Shown here piece after piece: positions 9,473-19,903 of a DNA stretch of 64,000 bases. The stretch's first letter is position 1. The number at the start of each line of letters is the position of its first letter. The notes beneath the pieces were generated by a model. It saw only the letters and a list, made by a program, of their open reading frames with translations, was not told the DNA's origin and made no database searches. The position numbers and the translations under genes are program-made. The DNA comes from an uncultured Selenomonadales bacterium (GTDB lineage Bacteria > Bacillota > Clostridia > Christensenellales > QALW01). Location: positions 1,449 through 65,448 of the forward strand of contig CAJKLB010000005.1 of the NCBI GenBank assembly GCA_905200615.1. Reading direction: 5' to 3'.

Positions 9473-9524
9473 AAAAACTTCCTCCTATTGATAAATAAAT
9501 AAAAATTTTATTAGAAGCTTAAAA

Positions 9525-9911
9525 TTATATACTATTCTTCTGTGCCGTTTTTCCGGCTTTATAAAGAACAGAAAAGATGATTATGAATAACAGCAAAAAT
9601 ATAAGCGCAAATAATAAATAGATCTTAATGCTCTCGGCCGTAAAACAGAGTGCAAAAAGAATTGTCTGAAGCACCGTATAAATTCCGGCGGTACTTATCT
9701 GTGCCAAAGCAAACGGCAAAGTAATACTTCTGCGCAACACAGGATAAAAGATAAGAACTCCCGCATCTATACACAGACAAAGAAGCATAAACAAAGCCTT
9801 CCAAAATACCATGTCATAATTTTGCAGGCAAAATAATCCGAAAATCATATAGCAGGCAATTCCCATAATTCCTAATCCCGCAATAACCCCGATCAACGAT
9901 ATTTTTTTCAT
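9525..9911 (-). CDS. Small polytopic membrane protein (about 4 TM helices), unknown function
   Basis: Hydrophobicity pattern. Its start directly abuts the SPFH gene stop. Confidence 0.5.
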   Translation of the reverse strand: MKKISLIGVIAGLGIMGIACYMIFGLFCLQNYDMVFWKALFMLLCLCIDAGVLIFYPVLRRSITLPFALAQISTAGIYTVLQTILFALCFTAESIKIYLLFALIFLLLFIIIFSVLYKAGKTAQKNSI

Positions 9912-11045
9912 CTATTCAACCTTCTCTCCGCATACTGAGCAAAATTTTGCACCAGGAGCAAGTTCCGCCCCGCATTTGCATTGACGCTTTTGAGGCGCGC
10001 CGCAGCTGTTGCAAAAAGCCGATCCTTCTTCTATTTCAGCATTACATTTTATGCATTTTACTTTTTTGGGGCCCAAATTCTCCCCGCATGAATTACAAAA
10101 TTTTGATCCGTAAGCATTTTTCGCGTTACATTTGGGACAATAAATAACCGCCTCTTGTTGATGCGCCAATCCCGTACCCGGCATCATTCCGGCTCCGGCG
10201 TTCATCATATTTGCGCCCAATCCCACCCCGAGACCTCCAGCAAGAAGTACGCCGGCCGTTCCGTTATTATTATTCGCGGCGCCTTCATATACATCAAAGG
10301 AACGCATGGTCGCGTATCGTTGATCCCCGATAATATCAAAAGAGGCTTTCTTTTCAAGAATTTTATTTACTTGCTCAAAATCCTCATCCGGACAATTAAT
10401 AGACTCAATAAAAAAATTTCTTACATTAAAACCAAACTTTTCAAATTCGCTCCGAATCTTGTCGGCAGTGAATTCTGAAATACTTTCAAGCTTCGCGGCT
10501 ATTTCAAATATGGATATTTGCTGATTGATAATCGCATCTGCTATAGCAGATTTAGTTTTTGTAACAAGAACGCCCTTAAAATAATCCATTACTTTTTTAT
10601 AGCTGATCGCCGTGTTGCCAAGCGCCCCTATCACTTCGGAAATAAAAAGGCTGTAATCTTTAATTTTTAAACCAAACTGACCAAAGGCACGAACATGGAC
10701 TCTTACTGAATATTTAGGATCAATGACTACAATAGGATCTACTGTACCCCAGCGCATATCCAGTTTTGTCGTTGTATTTACAAAGTATAGTTCTGCCGTA
10801 AAAGGTGTTTGTCCGCCGAAAGGCAAATTTACAATGCTATTTAAAATAGGCAGATTGTTTGTCTGAAGATTATAAGTGCCCGATAAAAATACATCGCATA
10901 TCTGCCCGCCTTTTACAAAAACGCAAGCCTGCCCCGGCCCGACAACAAGAACGCTTCCCAAACGAAACTGTTCGCCGGGATAACGATATATCAACCATTC
11001 TTTTGACGTTAAACCGTCAAATTTAATTCTGTCAAGAATTTTCAT
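9912..11045 (-). CDS. SPFH-domain protein (YdjI / virion-core-like) with three C-terminal zinc ribbons
   Basis: N-terminus MKILDRIKFDG...WLIYRYPGEQF is typical of the YdjI-like SPFH family. The C-terminus carries three CxxC..CxxC pairs (CPKCNA..CNSCG, CIKCNA..CNSCG, CKCGA..CSVCG). An AAGGAG RBS precedes the ATG at 11045. Confidence 0.7.
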   Translation of the reverse strand: MKILDRIKFDGLTSKEWLIYRYPGEQFRLGSVLVVGPGQACVFVKGGQICDVFLSGTYNLQTNNLPILNSIVNLPFGGQTPFTAELYFVNTTTKLDMRWGTVDPIVVIDPKYSVRVHVRAFGQFGLKIKDYSLFISEVIGALGNTAISYKKVMDYFKGVLVTKTKSAIADAIINQQISIFEIAAKLESISEFTADKIRSEFEKFGFNVRNFFIESINCPDEDFEQVNKILEKKASFDIIGDQRYATMRSFDVYEGAANNNNGTAGVLLAGGLGVGLGANMMNAGAGMMPGTGLAHQQEAVIYCPKCNAKNAYGSKFCNSCGENLGPKKVKCIKCNAEIEEGSAFCNSCGAPQKRQCKCGAELAPGAKFCSVCGEKVE

Positions 11046-11251
11046 AATCAATCTCCTTGTTTGCGGCAAATTAAAAACAAAAGATAAATAATCGTTAGAT
11101 CAGTACAAAACATACCAAAATACTTTAATTCTTCCGCTACAATTGTATCGAAAAAGATTGCTTTTGTCAATAGACTGTTAGTCCTCTTGTCATAAAAAGT
11201 TTAAAGTCATCAAGTAAAAATGAGAACACGCAATAAAATATTCCATATATC

Positions 11252-11285
11252 AAAAATCCCACCGAAAATTTCGATGGGATTTTTA
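11252..11285 (-). terminator. Intrinsic terminator downstream of hom
   Basis: Hairpin AATCCCA(C/T)CGAAA...TTTCGATGGGATT flanked by A and T runs. Confidence 0.5.
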
Positions 11286-11528
11286 GTACACCGAAGACAA
11301 TATCCGAATGAAATTCCTTTGCCTTCCTTTCTTCGCAGTACTTTTTCTCCAAAAATATTAAATGAAACGATTCCTAAAAAAACGCTTTTCGGAAGCTTTA
11401 TAAACCGCTTTCTCAATTTCCTCCCAAATGCGAAAAGGTGAGCCAACATAAAAAAATACCGATGAAAAAACCAACCATTGCAAGAAGAGCGATTACGATT
11501 ACAAATCTGCTGTTTGGCTTTCTCATAA

Positions 11529-12731
11529 TCAAACCTCTAACACGCGGATAGCCGAAAGAATACTTAATTCCTTAAAATAACAGCTGTGCTGCGCATTGCT
11601 CAAAATCGGCGTAATGGCTGCCGCGGTATTTTCCTGTTCAAACAAGATCCGCGCGTTGCCGTATACGGAAAGAATATCGCTTGCCGTTCCTTTAACACGA
11701 ACAAAATAGGCCGTTTCTAATTCCTCTTGCGTCAACACCTGTCCGCAAATCTCGTCTTCCCAGCCCCATCCTTTCAAAAATTCAAAGTGCTTAGCCGCAT
11801 CTAAAATATCCGCTACTACCGCGCTTGCCGTAGGGAATTTTCCCGCGCCGCGGCCGTACAGAAATACATCGCCCACCGCGTTTCCTTTCAGCAGCACGCC
11901 GTTAAACACATCCTTTACCTGCGCCAGCAGACAAGATCCCGGAACCAGAGCAGGTGAAACCATCACCTTGATTTTATCGCCTAATTGCTTGGCTTGCCCA
12001 ATCAATTTGATTTCATATCCGTTTTTTTTGGCAATAGCTACATCGTCCGGTGAGATGTTTCGAATGCCTTCCGCATACACATCTTTGGGATATACATGGT
12101 GTCCGAATGCCAACGAAGAAAGAATACACATTTTCCGACAGGCGTCAATCCCGTCCACATCCGCAGTAGGATTCGCCTCGGCATAGCCTAATTTTTGAGC
12201 CAGCTTCAGCGCGCCGTCAAAGCTCATACCATCTTCCACCATTTTGGTAAGAATAAAATTCGTGGTACCGTTTAAAATTCCGTAAAATTCGGTGATTTCA
12301 TTCGCGGCCATACACCGGTGCATCGGACGTATCAAAGGAATACCGCCGCCGACGGATGCTTCAAAAAAATAATTTACATTATACTTCTTTGCCAACTGAA
12401 GCAGCTCATAGCCCTTTTGCGCTACCAATTCCTTATTGGAAGTAACCACGCTTTTCCCTGCTTTCAAGCTGCGCACGGTAAAATCATACGCGACATTCAC
12501 CCCGCCGATCACTTCCGCTACCACTTTAATTTCCGGATCCTTTTCTATGATACTGAAATCCTTAATAAATTTTTCCGGATACGGACTATCGGGAAAATCA
12601 CGCACATCCAAAACATATTTTACATGCAGCGGCTGCGCAAGCTTTGCTTCAATATGCTTTTGATTCATAAGAATCAATTCCACAACGCCGCTGCCTACCG
12701 TACCATGTCCTAATACAGCAATATTGATCAT
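11529..12731 (-). CDS. hom: Homoserine dehydrogenase with C-terminal ACT domain
   Basis: N-terminal Rossmann motif INIAVLGHGTVGSG. Catalytic region NGTTNFILT...LGYAEANPTADVDG. Confidence 0.9.
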   Translation of the reverse strand: MINIAVLGHGTVGSGVVELILMNQKHIEAKLAQPLHVKYVLDVRDFPDSPYPEKFIKDFSIIEKDPEIKVVAEVIGGVNVAYDFTVRSLKAGKSVVTSNKELVAQKGYELLQLAKKYNVNYFFEASVGGGIPLIRPMHRCMAANEITEFYGILNGTTNFILTKMVEDGMSFDGALKLAQKLGYAEANPTADVDGIDACRKMCILSSLAFGHHVYPKDVYAEGIRNISPDDVAIAKKNGYEIKLIGQAKQLGDKIKVMVSPALVPGSCLLAQVKDVFNGVLLKGNAVGDVFLYGRGAGKFPTASAVVADILDAAKHFEFLKGWGWEDEICGQVLTQEELETAYFVRVKGTASDILSVYGNARILFEQENTAAAITPILSNAQHSCYFKELSILSAIRVLEV

Positions 12732-12760
12732 ATGTTTGTTCCTCCTTTCTCTGTTTTGTT

Positions 12761-12788
12761 AAAAAGCGGGCAAAAAATGCCCGCTTTG
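12761..12788 (-). terminator. Intrinsic terminator after rplQ (AGCGGGCA/TGCCCGCT stem plus U-tract)
   Basis: Read directly. It lies only about 30 nt upstream of the hom start. Confidence 0.6.
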
Positions 12789-12792
12789 GGTT

Positions 12793-13305
12793 TTAAACCA
12801 GCTCTAAAATCACCGCTTCGGCGCAATCGCCGCGGCGGGGACCTTTTTTGATAATTCTTGTATAACCGCCGCCCTGACCCAGTTCTTCCGCACGCTTGGC
12901 GTATTTGGGCGCGAGTTCATCAAAGATTTTGCTGATCACCGGATGGTTAATCTGCGCTGTACGAACCTTATATTCGGCTTTCTTTTCCTTTTCATTGCGC
13001 GGAATCTGCCGCTCATAAAGGTACGCCATCATTCTCCGACGCGCGTTCAGCCGCGCGGGTCCGTCATTCTTTACTTCTGTTTCCACGCGCTGTCCCTTAT
13101 CATTCAGCTTTTCTTTTTTTACCGTTACCGTATCGGCATAGGATTTAATTCCCATAGTAATAATCTTCTCGGCCTGTTTACGAACCTCCTTAGCACGCGC
13201 CTCAGTGGTTTCAATACGGCCATACCAAAGAAGATCCGTCGTAAGCCCGCGGATAACGGCAACACGCTGATCCGTAGGTCTGTTAAGCTTTCTATTACCG
13301 GCCAT
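12793..13305 (-). CDS. rplQ: 50S ribosomal protein L17 (long 170-aa form with an internal insertion)
   Basis: Has [13 protein letters not shown]...[15 protein letters not shown] and sits after rpoA. Confidence 0.9.
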   Translation of the reverse strand: MAGNRKLNRPTDQRVAVIRGLTTDLLWYGRIETTEARAKEVRKQAEKIITMGIKSYADTVTVKKEKLNDKGQRVETEVKNDGPARLNARRRMMAYLYERQIPRNEKEKKAEYKVRTAQINHPVISKIFDELAPKYAKRAEELGQGGGYTRIIKKGPRRGDCAEAVILELV

Positions 13306-13323
13306 TGTTCTTTATCCTCCTAA

Positions 13324-14274
13324 TTAATCTTCGTTGCTCTTCAGCTTCAGTCCCAGGCTTGCCAGCTTCTGGCGTACTTCTTCCATGGACTTTTTGCCAA
13401 GATTACGAACCCTCATCAAATCAGTTTCATCAAGGTTTGCAAGCTCCTGCACGGAATTGATGCCCGCGCGCTTCAAGCAATTATAGGAACGCACTGAAAG
13501 ATCAAGTTCATCAATCGTCATATCAAACGCTTTTGTCTGCGGCACAATCCCGTCCTTATCCTCTGCAAGCTGGATTCCGCCCGCGTTTTCGGCAAGGTCC
13601 ACAAAAAGCGCAAGATAATCGCTCATAATTTTTGCGGCGATGCTGATCGCCTCATCCGGCCTGATGGAACCGTCTGTCCAAACATCAAGAATCAGCTTAT
13701 CGAAATTGGCGTCTCTTCCGATACGCGCGCTTTGAACGGTATAACTGGCCTTGAGTATAGGCGTATAGATGGAATCAACGGCGATCACATCTATGGGCAT
13801 ATCGTCCGTTTTATTCTTATCCGCCGGAACATATCCCATGCCTTTATCAATGATAAACTCCATATTCAGCGCTCCGCCTTCATCGATAGTGGCAATATGA
13901 AGATCCTTATTGATAATTTCAAGCGAGCTGTCGCCCTTGATATCGCCTGCCGTAACCTCACAGGGACCCACCGCGTTAATCGTAGCGGTAACCGGCGTGT
14001 CACTGCTGAGTCTCATGGCAATATTCTTAATATTGAGAATAATATTGGTAACATCCTCACTTACACCGGGAACAGTGCTGAATTCATGCAGTACACCGTC
14101 GATACGCACCTGTGTTACTGCAGCGCCGGGCAGGGAGGATAACAAAATTCTACGGAGAGAATTGCCCAAGGTATTGCCAAATCCGCGCTTTAACGGCTCC
14201 ACTACAAACTGGGCATATTTGCCGTCTTCGCTGATCTGCTTACACTCGATAACAGGCTTTTCTATTTCTATCAT
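13324..14274 (-). CDS. rpoA: DNA-directed RNA polymerase alpha subunit
   Basis: Sequence and synteny (C-terminal domain ELDLSVRSYNCLKRAGI). Confidence 0.95.
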   Translation of the reverse strand: MIEIEKPVIECKQISEDGKYAQFVVEPLKRGFGNTLGNSLRRILLSSLPGAAVTQVRIDGVLHEFSTVPGVSEDVTNIILNIKNIAMRLSSDTPVTATINAVGPCEVTAGDIKGDSSLEIINKDLHIATIDEGGALNMEFIIDKGMGYVPADKNKTDDMPIDVIAVDSIYTPILKASYTVQSARIGRDANFDKLILDVWTDGSIRPDEAISIAAKIMSDYLALFVDLAENAGGIQLAEDKDGIVPQTKAFDMTIDELDLSVRSYNCLKRAGINSVQELANLDETDLMRVRNLGKKSMEEVRQKLASLGLKLKSNED

Positions 14275-14309
14275 TATAATAAACCCCTCCTACAAAACTT
14301 TAAGCGATA

Positions 14310-14933
14310 TTACTTGGAGTACAACTCAACGATAAGATGCTCCTCAATACCAAGATCAATATCCTCTCTTTTGGGAAGCTCCACAACCTTACCGCTAAGC
14401 TCGGCACTGTTAAGCTCAAGCCATGCGGGAATCGTTTTTGTGGAACCCTCGCGCATCGCTTTGAATTTTTCTATGCTTGTGCTGTTTTGTGCGATAGCAA
14501 TGATATCGCCGGCTTTTACAATAAAGGAAGGGATGTTTACTTTATGACCGTTCACGGTGATATGGCCATGATTAACGATCTGCCTTGCCTGCGCACGGGA
14601 ATCGCCGAAGCCCAAACGATACACTACGTTATCCAACCGGCGCTCCATCAACTGCAGCATATTTTCGCCCGCGGCGCCCTTCATTGCGGTAGCCTTTGTA
14701 AAATAACCGCGGAACTGCTTTTCCAATATTCCATAGGTTCTTCTGGCCTTCTGCTTTTCGCGCAGCTGTAAGCCGTACTCGGAAACCTTTCTGCGTCCTT
14801 TGGCATGCTGGCCCGGAGCCGTTCCTCTTTTTACCACAGGACACTTTGCACTATAGCAGCGGTCGCCCTTCAAAAAAAGCTTCTGATTTTCGCGGCGGCA
14901 CAAACGGCAAACCGCTTCAGTATATCTTGCCAT
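14310..14933 (-). CDS. rpsD: 30S ribosomal protein S4
   Basis: [15 protein letters not shown]..., and synteny. Confidence 0.95.
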   Translation of the reverse strand: MARYTEAVCRLCRRENQKLFLKGDRCYSAKCPVVKRGTAPGQHAKGRRKVSEYGLQLREKQKARRTYGILEKQFRGYFTKATAMKGAAGENMLQLMERRLDNVVYRLGFGDSRAQARQIVNHGHITVNGHKVNIPSFIVKAGDIIAIAQNSTSIEKFKAMREGSTKTIPAWLELNSAELSGKVVELPKREDIDLGIEEHLIVELYSK

Positions 14934-14951
14934 AATTTTCTGTCCTCCTAA

Positions 14952-15347
14952 TCAAACTCTTCTGCGCTTGGGCGGACGGCATCCGTTGTGCGGAATAGGG
15001 GTAACATCTTTGATCATGCTAACCTCAAGGCCTGCCGCCTGAAGTGCCCGGATTGCTGCCTCGCGTCCGCTGCCGGGGCCTTTTACATAAACCTCGACCG
15101 AACGAAGGCCGTGCTCCATCGCTGCCCTAGCTGCTGTTTCGGCTGCCGTCTGCGCGGCAAAGGGCGTGCTCTTTTTAGAGCCGCGGAAACCCAGTCCGCC
15201 GGCGCTTGACCAGCTGATCGCGTTCCCGGCAACGTCAGTAATCGTAACAATGGTATTGTTGAATGATGAGCAGATATGCGCCGCGCCGCGTTCGATGTTT
15301 TTCTTTTCTATGCGGCGGCGTCCGCCCTTTTTAACTGGTTTTGCCAT
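14952..15347 (-). CDS. rpsK: 30S ribosomal protein S11
   Basis: Sequence and synteny. Confidence 0.95.
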   Translation of the reverse strand: MAKPVKKGGRRRIEKKNIERGAAHICSSFNNTIVTITDVAGNAISWSSAGGLGFRGSKKSTPFAAQTAAETAARAAMEHGLRSVEVYVKGPGSGREAAIRALQAAGLEVSMIKDVTPIPHNGCRPPKRRRV

Positions 15348-15365
15348 AAAATTCGTCCTCCTATC

Positions 15366-15743
15366 TTACTTGCCGGCTTTTTTCTTGCCGCCGACAGTCT
15401 TCTTGGGTCCCTTACGCGTACGCGCGTTCTGCTTGGTATGCTGTCCGCGTACGGGAAGGCCCTTACGGTGACGAACACCGCGATAGCAGCCGATTTCAAC
15501 AAGACGCTTGATATTCAGCGCAACCTCACGACGAAGGTCACCCTCTACCTGAACGTTCTTGTCAATATAATCTCTGATTAAGTTAACCTCATCCTCGGTT
15601 AAATCTCTAACACGGGTGTCGGGGTTAACGCCGGTTTTTTCAAGAATCTCTTTTGCGATGCTGGGGCCAATGCCGTAAATGCTCTGCAGTGCCGCCTCAA
15701 CCCGCTTATCCTTTGGTATATCAATACCAGCGATACGTGCCAT
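15366..15743 (-). CDS. rpsM: 30S ribosomal protein S13
   Basis: [14 protein letters not shown]..., and synteny. Confidence 0.95.
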   Translation of the reverse strand: MARIAGIDIPKDKRVEAALQSIYGIGPSIAKEILEKTGVNPDTRVRDLTEDEVNLIRDYIDKNVQVEGDLRREVALNIKRLVEIGCYRGVRHRKGLPVRGQHTKQNARTRKGPKKTVGGKKKAGK

Positions 15744-15877
15744 TCAGTACACCTCCATAATGCTTTGAATATAAATTTTATATTGAAAAGCCCCTCGGGC
15801 AAACAGATTTCTCTGTCAGCCGCGCCCGATTTCCGGCTTTATTTTCAGACTGCGCTTTTTCAGCGCATCAAAATGAA

Positions 15878-15994
15878 TTAACCCTGCCGCTGTTTATGGC
15901 TTTTATCCGCGGAACAGATAACCATTACCTTTCCGTGGCGCTTAATCAGCTTGCATTTATCACACATGGGTTTTACGCTCGGTCTTACTTTCAT
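15878..15994 (-). CDS. rpmJ: 50S ribosomal protein L36 (Zn-binding C-x2-C..C..H form)
   Basis: Hand translation gives [38 protein letters not shown]. It is below the ORF-track cutoff. Confidence 0.9.
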   Translation of the reverse strand: MKVRPSVKPMCDKCKLIKRHGKVMVICSADKSHKQRQG

Positions 15995-16007
15995 TACAAT
16001 AACCTCC

Positions 16008-16229
16008 TCAGTTCTTGCTACGCCATATGATCCTGCCCTTGGACAAATCATAGGTAGAAATTTCCACTGTCACCTTATCACCCGGCAGCACCTGAATATT
16101 ATTCATTCTGAGTTTGCCGGCTATATGCGCCAGAATTTTATGTCCATTTTCAAGTTCAACCTCAAAAACAGCATTCTTTTTAGATTCCGTTACAATGCCT
16201 TCCACTTCAATGACATCTTCTTTAGACAT
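16008..16229 (-). CDS. infA: Translation initiation factor IF-1
   Basis: [13 protein letters not shown]...GRIIWR. Confidence 0.95.
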   Translation of the reverse strand: MSKEDVIEVEGIVTESKKNAVFEVELENGHKILAHIAGKLRMNNIQVLPGDKVTVEISTYDLSKGRIIWRSKN

Positions 16230-16233
16230 GGAT

Positions 16234-16515
16234 TCACTCCTCGCCTTTATTGGTGTAGATCGTAAGCGACTCTAACGCGTTTCTGATCTCGCTGTCAAAG
16301 ATTTTAGCGCCGCTTTCAAGCTTCTGTGCGATATTTTCCAGCGAATACCCCGTTTGCACAAGATGCTTCCGCTTTTTCTTTTTCGGAGAAGAAAGCTTTC
16401 GTAGGGCGCCGTCAGCAATTCGTACATATTGCTCGTCAATGATTTCAACTATCACAAAATATCTTTGGGCATCTCTGCCCGCAGTGGAACAGACGACGTC
16501 TCCTAAAGAATACAC
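16234..16515 (-). CDS. KOW-domain RNA-binding protein commonly found between map and infA in Firmicutes
   Basis: [11 protein letters not shown] motif, plus its position. Confidence 0.6.
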   Translation of the reverse strand: MYSLGDVVCSTAGRDAQRYFVIVEIIDEQYVRIADGALRKLSSPKKKKRKHLVQTGYSLENIAQKLESGAKIFDSEIRNALESLTIYTNKGEE

Positions 16516-16527
16516 ATCCGTCCCTCC

Positions 16528-17289
16528 TTAAATTTTAACCTTGGGATCTGTCAGAATTACCGGTTCACCGTCAATTACGGCAACGGTATTTTCATAATGC
16601 GCCGCGCACGAACCGTCCGCTGTAACCGTTGTCCAGCCGTCAGAAAGTACCTTGACCGCGTCGCCGCCCAAATTAATCATCGGTTCAATGGCCAGCGTCA
16701 TTCCGTTTACGATTCGCGGGCCATGCCCGGCAGGACCGAAATTGGGAATTTCCGGTGATTCATGCAAATCGCGTCCGACACCGTGACCGGTGTAATTTCT
16801 TACAATGCCGTAACCGAATTTTTTAATGTAGGTTTCCACGCCGTGCGAAATATCCGAAATCCGATACCCCACACGCGCAAAACGCATTCCCTCATAAAAC
16901 GATTGCTTGGTACGCTCTACAAGAAGCCTCTTTTCCTCCGGTACATTTCCCACAATAAAGGTACGGGCCATATCGGTATGAAAACCCTTGTACAGCACAC
17001 CGGCGTCAATGCTCACAAGATCCCCCTCATGAATAACGCGCGAAGCTTTGGGAATACCGTGAATAACTTCCTCATTGACGGAAATGCACAGCGTATTGGG
17101 AAAGCCGTACATTCCCAAAAAGGAAGGCTTTGCCTTGCGGTTTATTATATACCGATAAGCAGATTTGTCAAGGTCCAGCGTTGTCATGCCGGGCTTTATA
17201 CTCCCACCCAGCATTTCCATGGTTTCGGCAAGAATTTTTCCGCCCTCAGCCATGGCGCGCAAAGCAGTTTCACTTTTAATGCAGAGCAT
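16528..17289 (-). CDS. map: Type I methionine aminopeptidase
   Basis: Metal-ligand context (HGIP..D..VSIDAG, YTGHGVG, EP). The ATG at 17289 overlaps the adk stop. Confidence 0.9.
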   Translation of the reverse strand: MLCIKSETALRAMAEGGKILAETMEMLGGSIKPGMTTLDLDKSAYRYIINRKAKPSFLGMYGFPNTLCISVNEEVIHGIPKASRVIHEGDLVSIDAGVLYKGFHTDMARTFIVGNVPEEKRLLVERTKQSFYEGMRFARVGYRISDISHGVETYIKKFGYGIVRNYTGHGVGRDLHESPEIPNFGPAGHGPRIVNGMTLAIEPMINLGGDAVKVLSDGWTTVTADGSCAAHYENTVAVIDGEPVILTDPKVKI

Positions 17290-17906
17290 CAAACCGCCTC
17301 CAGCACGTTAACAATCTCATGAAAAACATCCGCTGGCGGAAGATTACCGTTTACCGTTTTGACCTCTTTTCCGTAATAAGCCAGTAAAGGTTTGGTCTGC
17401 TCATTATAAACCGCCAGTCTGTTTTTTACGGTTTCCTCCGTATCGTCCGCACGCTGCGTAAGCTCCGCGCCGCAAGCCGGACATTGCTCACCCTCTAAAG
17501 CAGAAACATGATACGTTCCCGTGCAATCGGGACAAACTCTTCTTCCGGTAATACGGGCCAACAGCAGACTCTCATCCACATCGATATTCAAAACGCAATC
17601 CAAAGCGGTAAGAGCCTTTAACCCCTCGGCCTGCTCAATCGTGCGGGGAAAGCCGTCCAGCAAAAAGCCATTTTGGCAATCCTCCTGCGCCAGTCGCTGC
17701 TTTACCATTCCGAGCGTTACCTCGTCAGGCACAAGTTTTCCGGCATCAATATATTGTTTGGCCAAACGCCCCAGCTCGGTATTCTTACTCATATTTTCCC
17801 GGAACATGTCACCGGTGGAAATATGCGGGATCCCGAACCGTTTACAAATTTCAGCGGCCTGGGTGCCTTTACCGGCACCCGGAGCGCCTAATAAAATCAT
17901 CTTCAT
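17289..17906 (-). CDS. adk: Adenylate kinase (Zn-lid form)
   Basis: P-loop GAPGAGKGTQ. Lid CPDCTGTY...CPACG. Confidence 0.95.
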   Translation of the reverse strand: MKMILLGAPGAGKGTQAAEICKRFGIPHISTGDMFRENMSKNTELGRLAKQYIDAGKLVPDEVTLGMVKQRLAQEDCQNGFLLDGFPRTIEQAEGLKALTALDCVLNIDVDESLLLARITGRRVCPDCTGTYHVSALEGEQCPACGAELTQRADDTEETVKNRLAVYNEQTKPLLAYYGKEVKTVNGNLPPADVFHEIVNVLEAV

Positions 17907-17917
17907 CGCGTCACCTA

Positions 17918-19255
17918 TTAATCAAGGAAGCCTTTGTAATGACGCATTACCATCTGTGATTGCAGCTGCTTGGTCACTTCAATGGAAACACTTACGATAA
18001 TTAAAAGGCCAGTGGAACTGAACGTCAGCGCAAGACTCAGAATGGAATTGGCGTACTGCGGAGAAATGGAACCTAAAACAGCGCTGGCAATCATCGGAAT
18101 TGTAGAGATAATTCCCAGATACAAACCGCTGAACAGTACCAACCGCTTATTGACCTTGTTCAGATAATCCGTGGTAGGTTTACCCGGCCGTATTCCCTGA
18201 ATAAATCCGCCGTACTTCTGCAGATTTTTTGAAGTTTCCGCAGCGTTAAAGGTAATGGCTGAATAGAAGAAAGCAAAACCAATCGTCAGCAAGAAGCTTA
18301 CAACGGTATAGCCCCAAGTTCCCGAACCCAGCCATTTGGAATAGAACGTTTCAAACGAACCGCCGCTCCAGAACATTCCCGCGATAATACTGGGGAACAT
18401 CAAAAGAGACATGGAAAAAATTAAGGGAAGAACGCCGCAGGAGTTCGGCTTGATAGGCATATATGTGCTCTGTCCGCCGTAAATTTTACGTCCCGAAACG
18501 CGCTTGGCATACTGAATCGCGATTCTGCGCTCGCCCAATTCAACAAAGATAACAACTACAATCAAGGCAAGAATGGCAACGATAATGATGGGAAGAATCC
18601 ACCAAAGAGCGTTGTTTCCGGCCTGTGAGTTTGCACTTGCCTGCTCGATATAGGACTGCGCCGTCGAAGGCAGACGGGCAATGATACCCACAAAGATAAT
18701 CATTGATATACCGTTGCCCAGTCCCTTTTCACTGATGCGGTCGCCGATCCAAATGGCAACGGCCGTACCGGCGGTAAGGGAAACACCGATCAGCACATAA
18801 GCTAAAATGGTAGTCGCGGTCGATGTCAGCATAGAGGAGACAATGATATCGGCGCCGTTGCGGCTGAAAGACCAGCAAATGCCCACCGCCTGCAAAAAGG
18901 CCAGGCCGATCGCGCAGTAACGCACGATTTTATTGATCTTTTCTCTTCCGTTTTCCTCTTTTGCCATACGCTCCAGTCCGGGAATAACCACCTGAAGCAG
19001 CTGAATAATAATGGACGCGTTGATATACGGGGAAATACCCATAGCCATAAAGGTATAGCCCTCTAAGGACCCGCCGGTGATGATATTCATCAAGCCCCAG
19101 ATATTCTGGTTGGCGGCGTCGATCGTCAACGAGGGATTTACACCCGGCGTGGGTATGTAACAGCAAAGCCGGAAAATCAGCAGAAGCAGCAGCGTATAAA
19201 GAATTTTTTTACGCAGCTCCGGGATCTTCCACGCGTTTTTATAAACCGAAAACAT
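17918..19255 (-). CDS. secY: Preprotein translocase subunit SecY
   Basis: Polytopic protein, with supporting sequence and synteny. Confidence 0.95.
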   Translation of the reverse strand: MFSVYKNAWKIPELRKKILYTLLLLLIFRLCCYIPTPGVNPSLTIDAANQNIWGLMNIITGGSLEGYTFMAMGISPYINASIIIQLLQVVIPGLERMAKEENGREKINKIVRYCAIGLAFLQAVGICWSFSRNGADIIVSSMLTSTATTILAYVLIGVSLTAGTAVAIWIGDRISEKGLGNGISMIIFVGIIARLPSTAQSYIEQASANSQAGNNALWWILPIIIVAILALIVVVIFVELGERRIAIQYAKRVSGRKIYGGQSTYMPIKPNSCGVLPLIFSMSLLMFPSIIAGMFWSGGSFETFYSKWLGSGTWGYTVVSFLLTIGFAFFYSAITFNAAETSKNLQKYGGFIQGIRPGKPTTDYLNKVNKRLVLFSGLYLGIISTIPMIASAVLGSISPQYANSILSLALTFSSTGLLIIVSVSIEVTKQLQSQMVMRHYKGFLD

Positions 19256-19257
19256 GG

Positions 19258-19701
19258 TTAAATCACCTCAGCCTTTCCTCCGAGCGCCTCAATCTTCTGC
19301 TGAGCCGTCCGAGTAAAGGCTGCAACCTGAACAGTAAGCCGCTTTGTAATTTCGCCATTGCCAAGTACTTTTACGCCATCCTTCTCGATTTTACTGATCA
19401 TGCCTTTTTCTTTCAAAAGTTCCGCGGTAACCACGGTATCTTCATCAAAGGCCTCCAGTCTTGAAATGTTTATTTCCGTATAAATTTTGCCAAAGCGGTT
19501 AAAGAAACCTCTCTTGGGCAGTCTGCGGGTAAGGGGCATTTGGCCGCCTTCAAATCCGGGACGAACCCCGCCGCCGCTTCTGGCATTTTGTCCCTTATGT
19601 CCTTTACCGGAGGTTTTTCCCAATCCACTGCCGGGGCCGCGTCCGCGACGGCGGCCGGTCTGGGTAGCACCCTCTGCGGGTTTCAAATCTACTAATTTCA
19701 T
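19258..19701 (-). CDS. rplO: 50S ribosomal protein L15
   Basis: Sequence and synteny. Confidence 0.95.
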   Translation of the reverse strand: MKLVDLKPAEGATQTGRRRGRGPGSGLGKTSGKGHKGQNARSGGGVRPGFEGGQMPLTRRLPKRGFFNRFGKIYTEINISRLEAFDEDTVVTAELLKEKGMISKIEKDGVKVLGNGEITKRLTVQVAAFTRTAQQKIEALGGKAEVI

Positions 19702-19713
19702 ATATGAACCCTC

Positions 19714-19890
19714 CTAGTCAACTTCCTCAACGGTTACAAGATGCTTTACCTTGAAGATCATACCGCGGATAGCGGCATTATCCGGCTTTGTTACCGTTGA
19801 ATTGGTTTTTTTAAGGCCAAGAGCCTTTACCGTAGCGATCTGATCTTTTTTGCAGGAGATCGTACTTTTTGTTAATGTAATCTTTAACAT
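19714..19890 (-). CDS. rpmD: 50S ribosomal protein L30
   Basis: MLKITLTKS... with an AGGAGGG RBS. The tracked ORF is over-extended at its 5' end. Confidence 0.9.
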   Translation of the reverse strand: MLKITLTKSTISCKKDQIATVKALGLKKTNSTVTKPDNAAIRGMIFKVKHLVTVEEVD

Positions 19891-19903
19891 TCCGGTTCCC
19901 TCC

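Noticed and set aside
11167-11526. Several 60-80-aa overlapping ORFs, plus a 37-aa hydrophobic ORF (11413-11526) directly after hom
   Set aside because: The ORFs are mutually overlapping on both strands and cross the hom terminator. The 37-aa peptide (MRKPNSRFVIVIALLAMVGFFIGIFLCWLTFSHLGGN) is conceivable, but nothing beyond hydrophobicity supports it.
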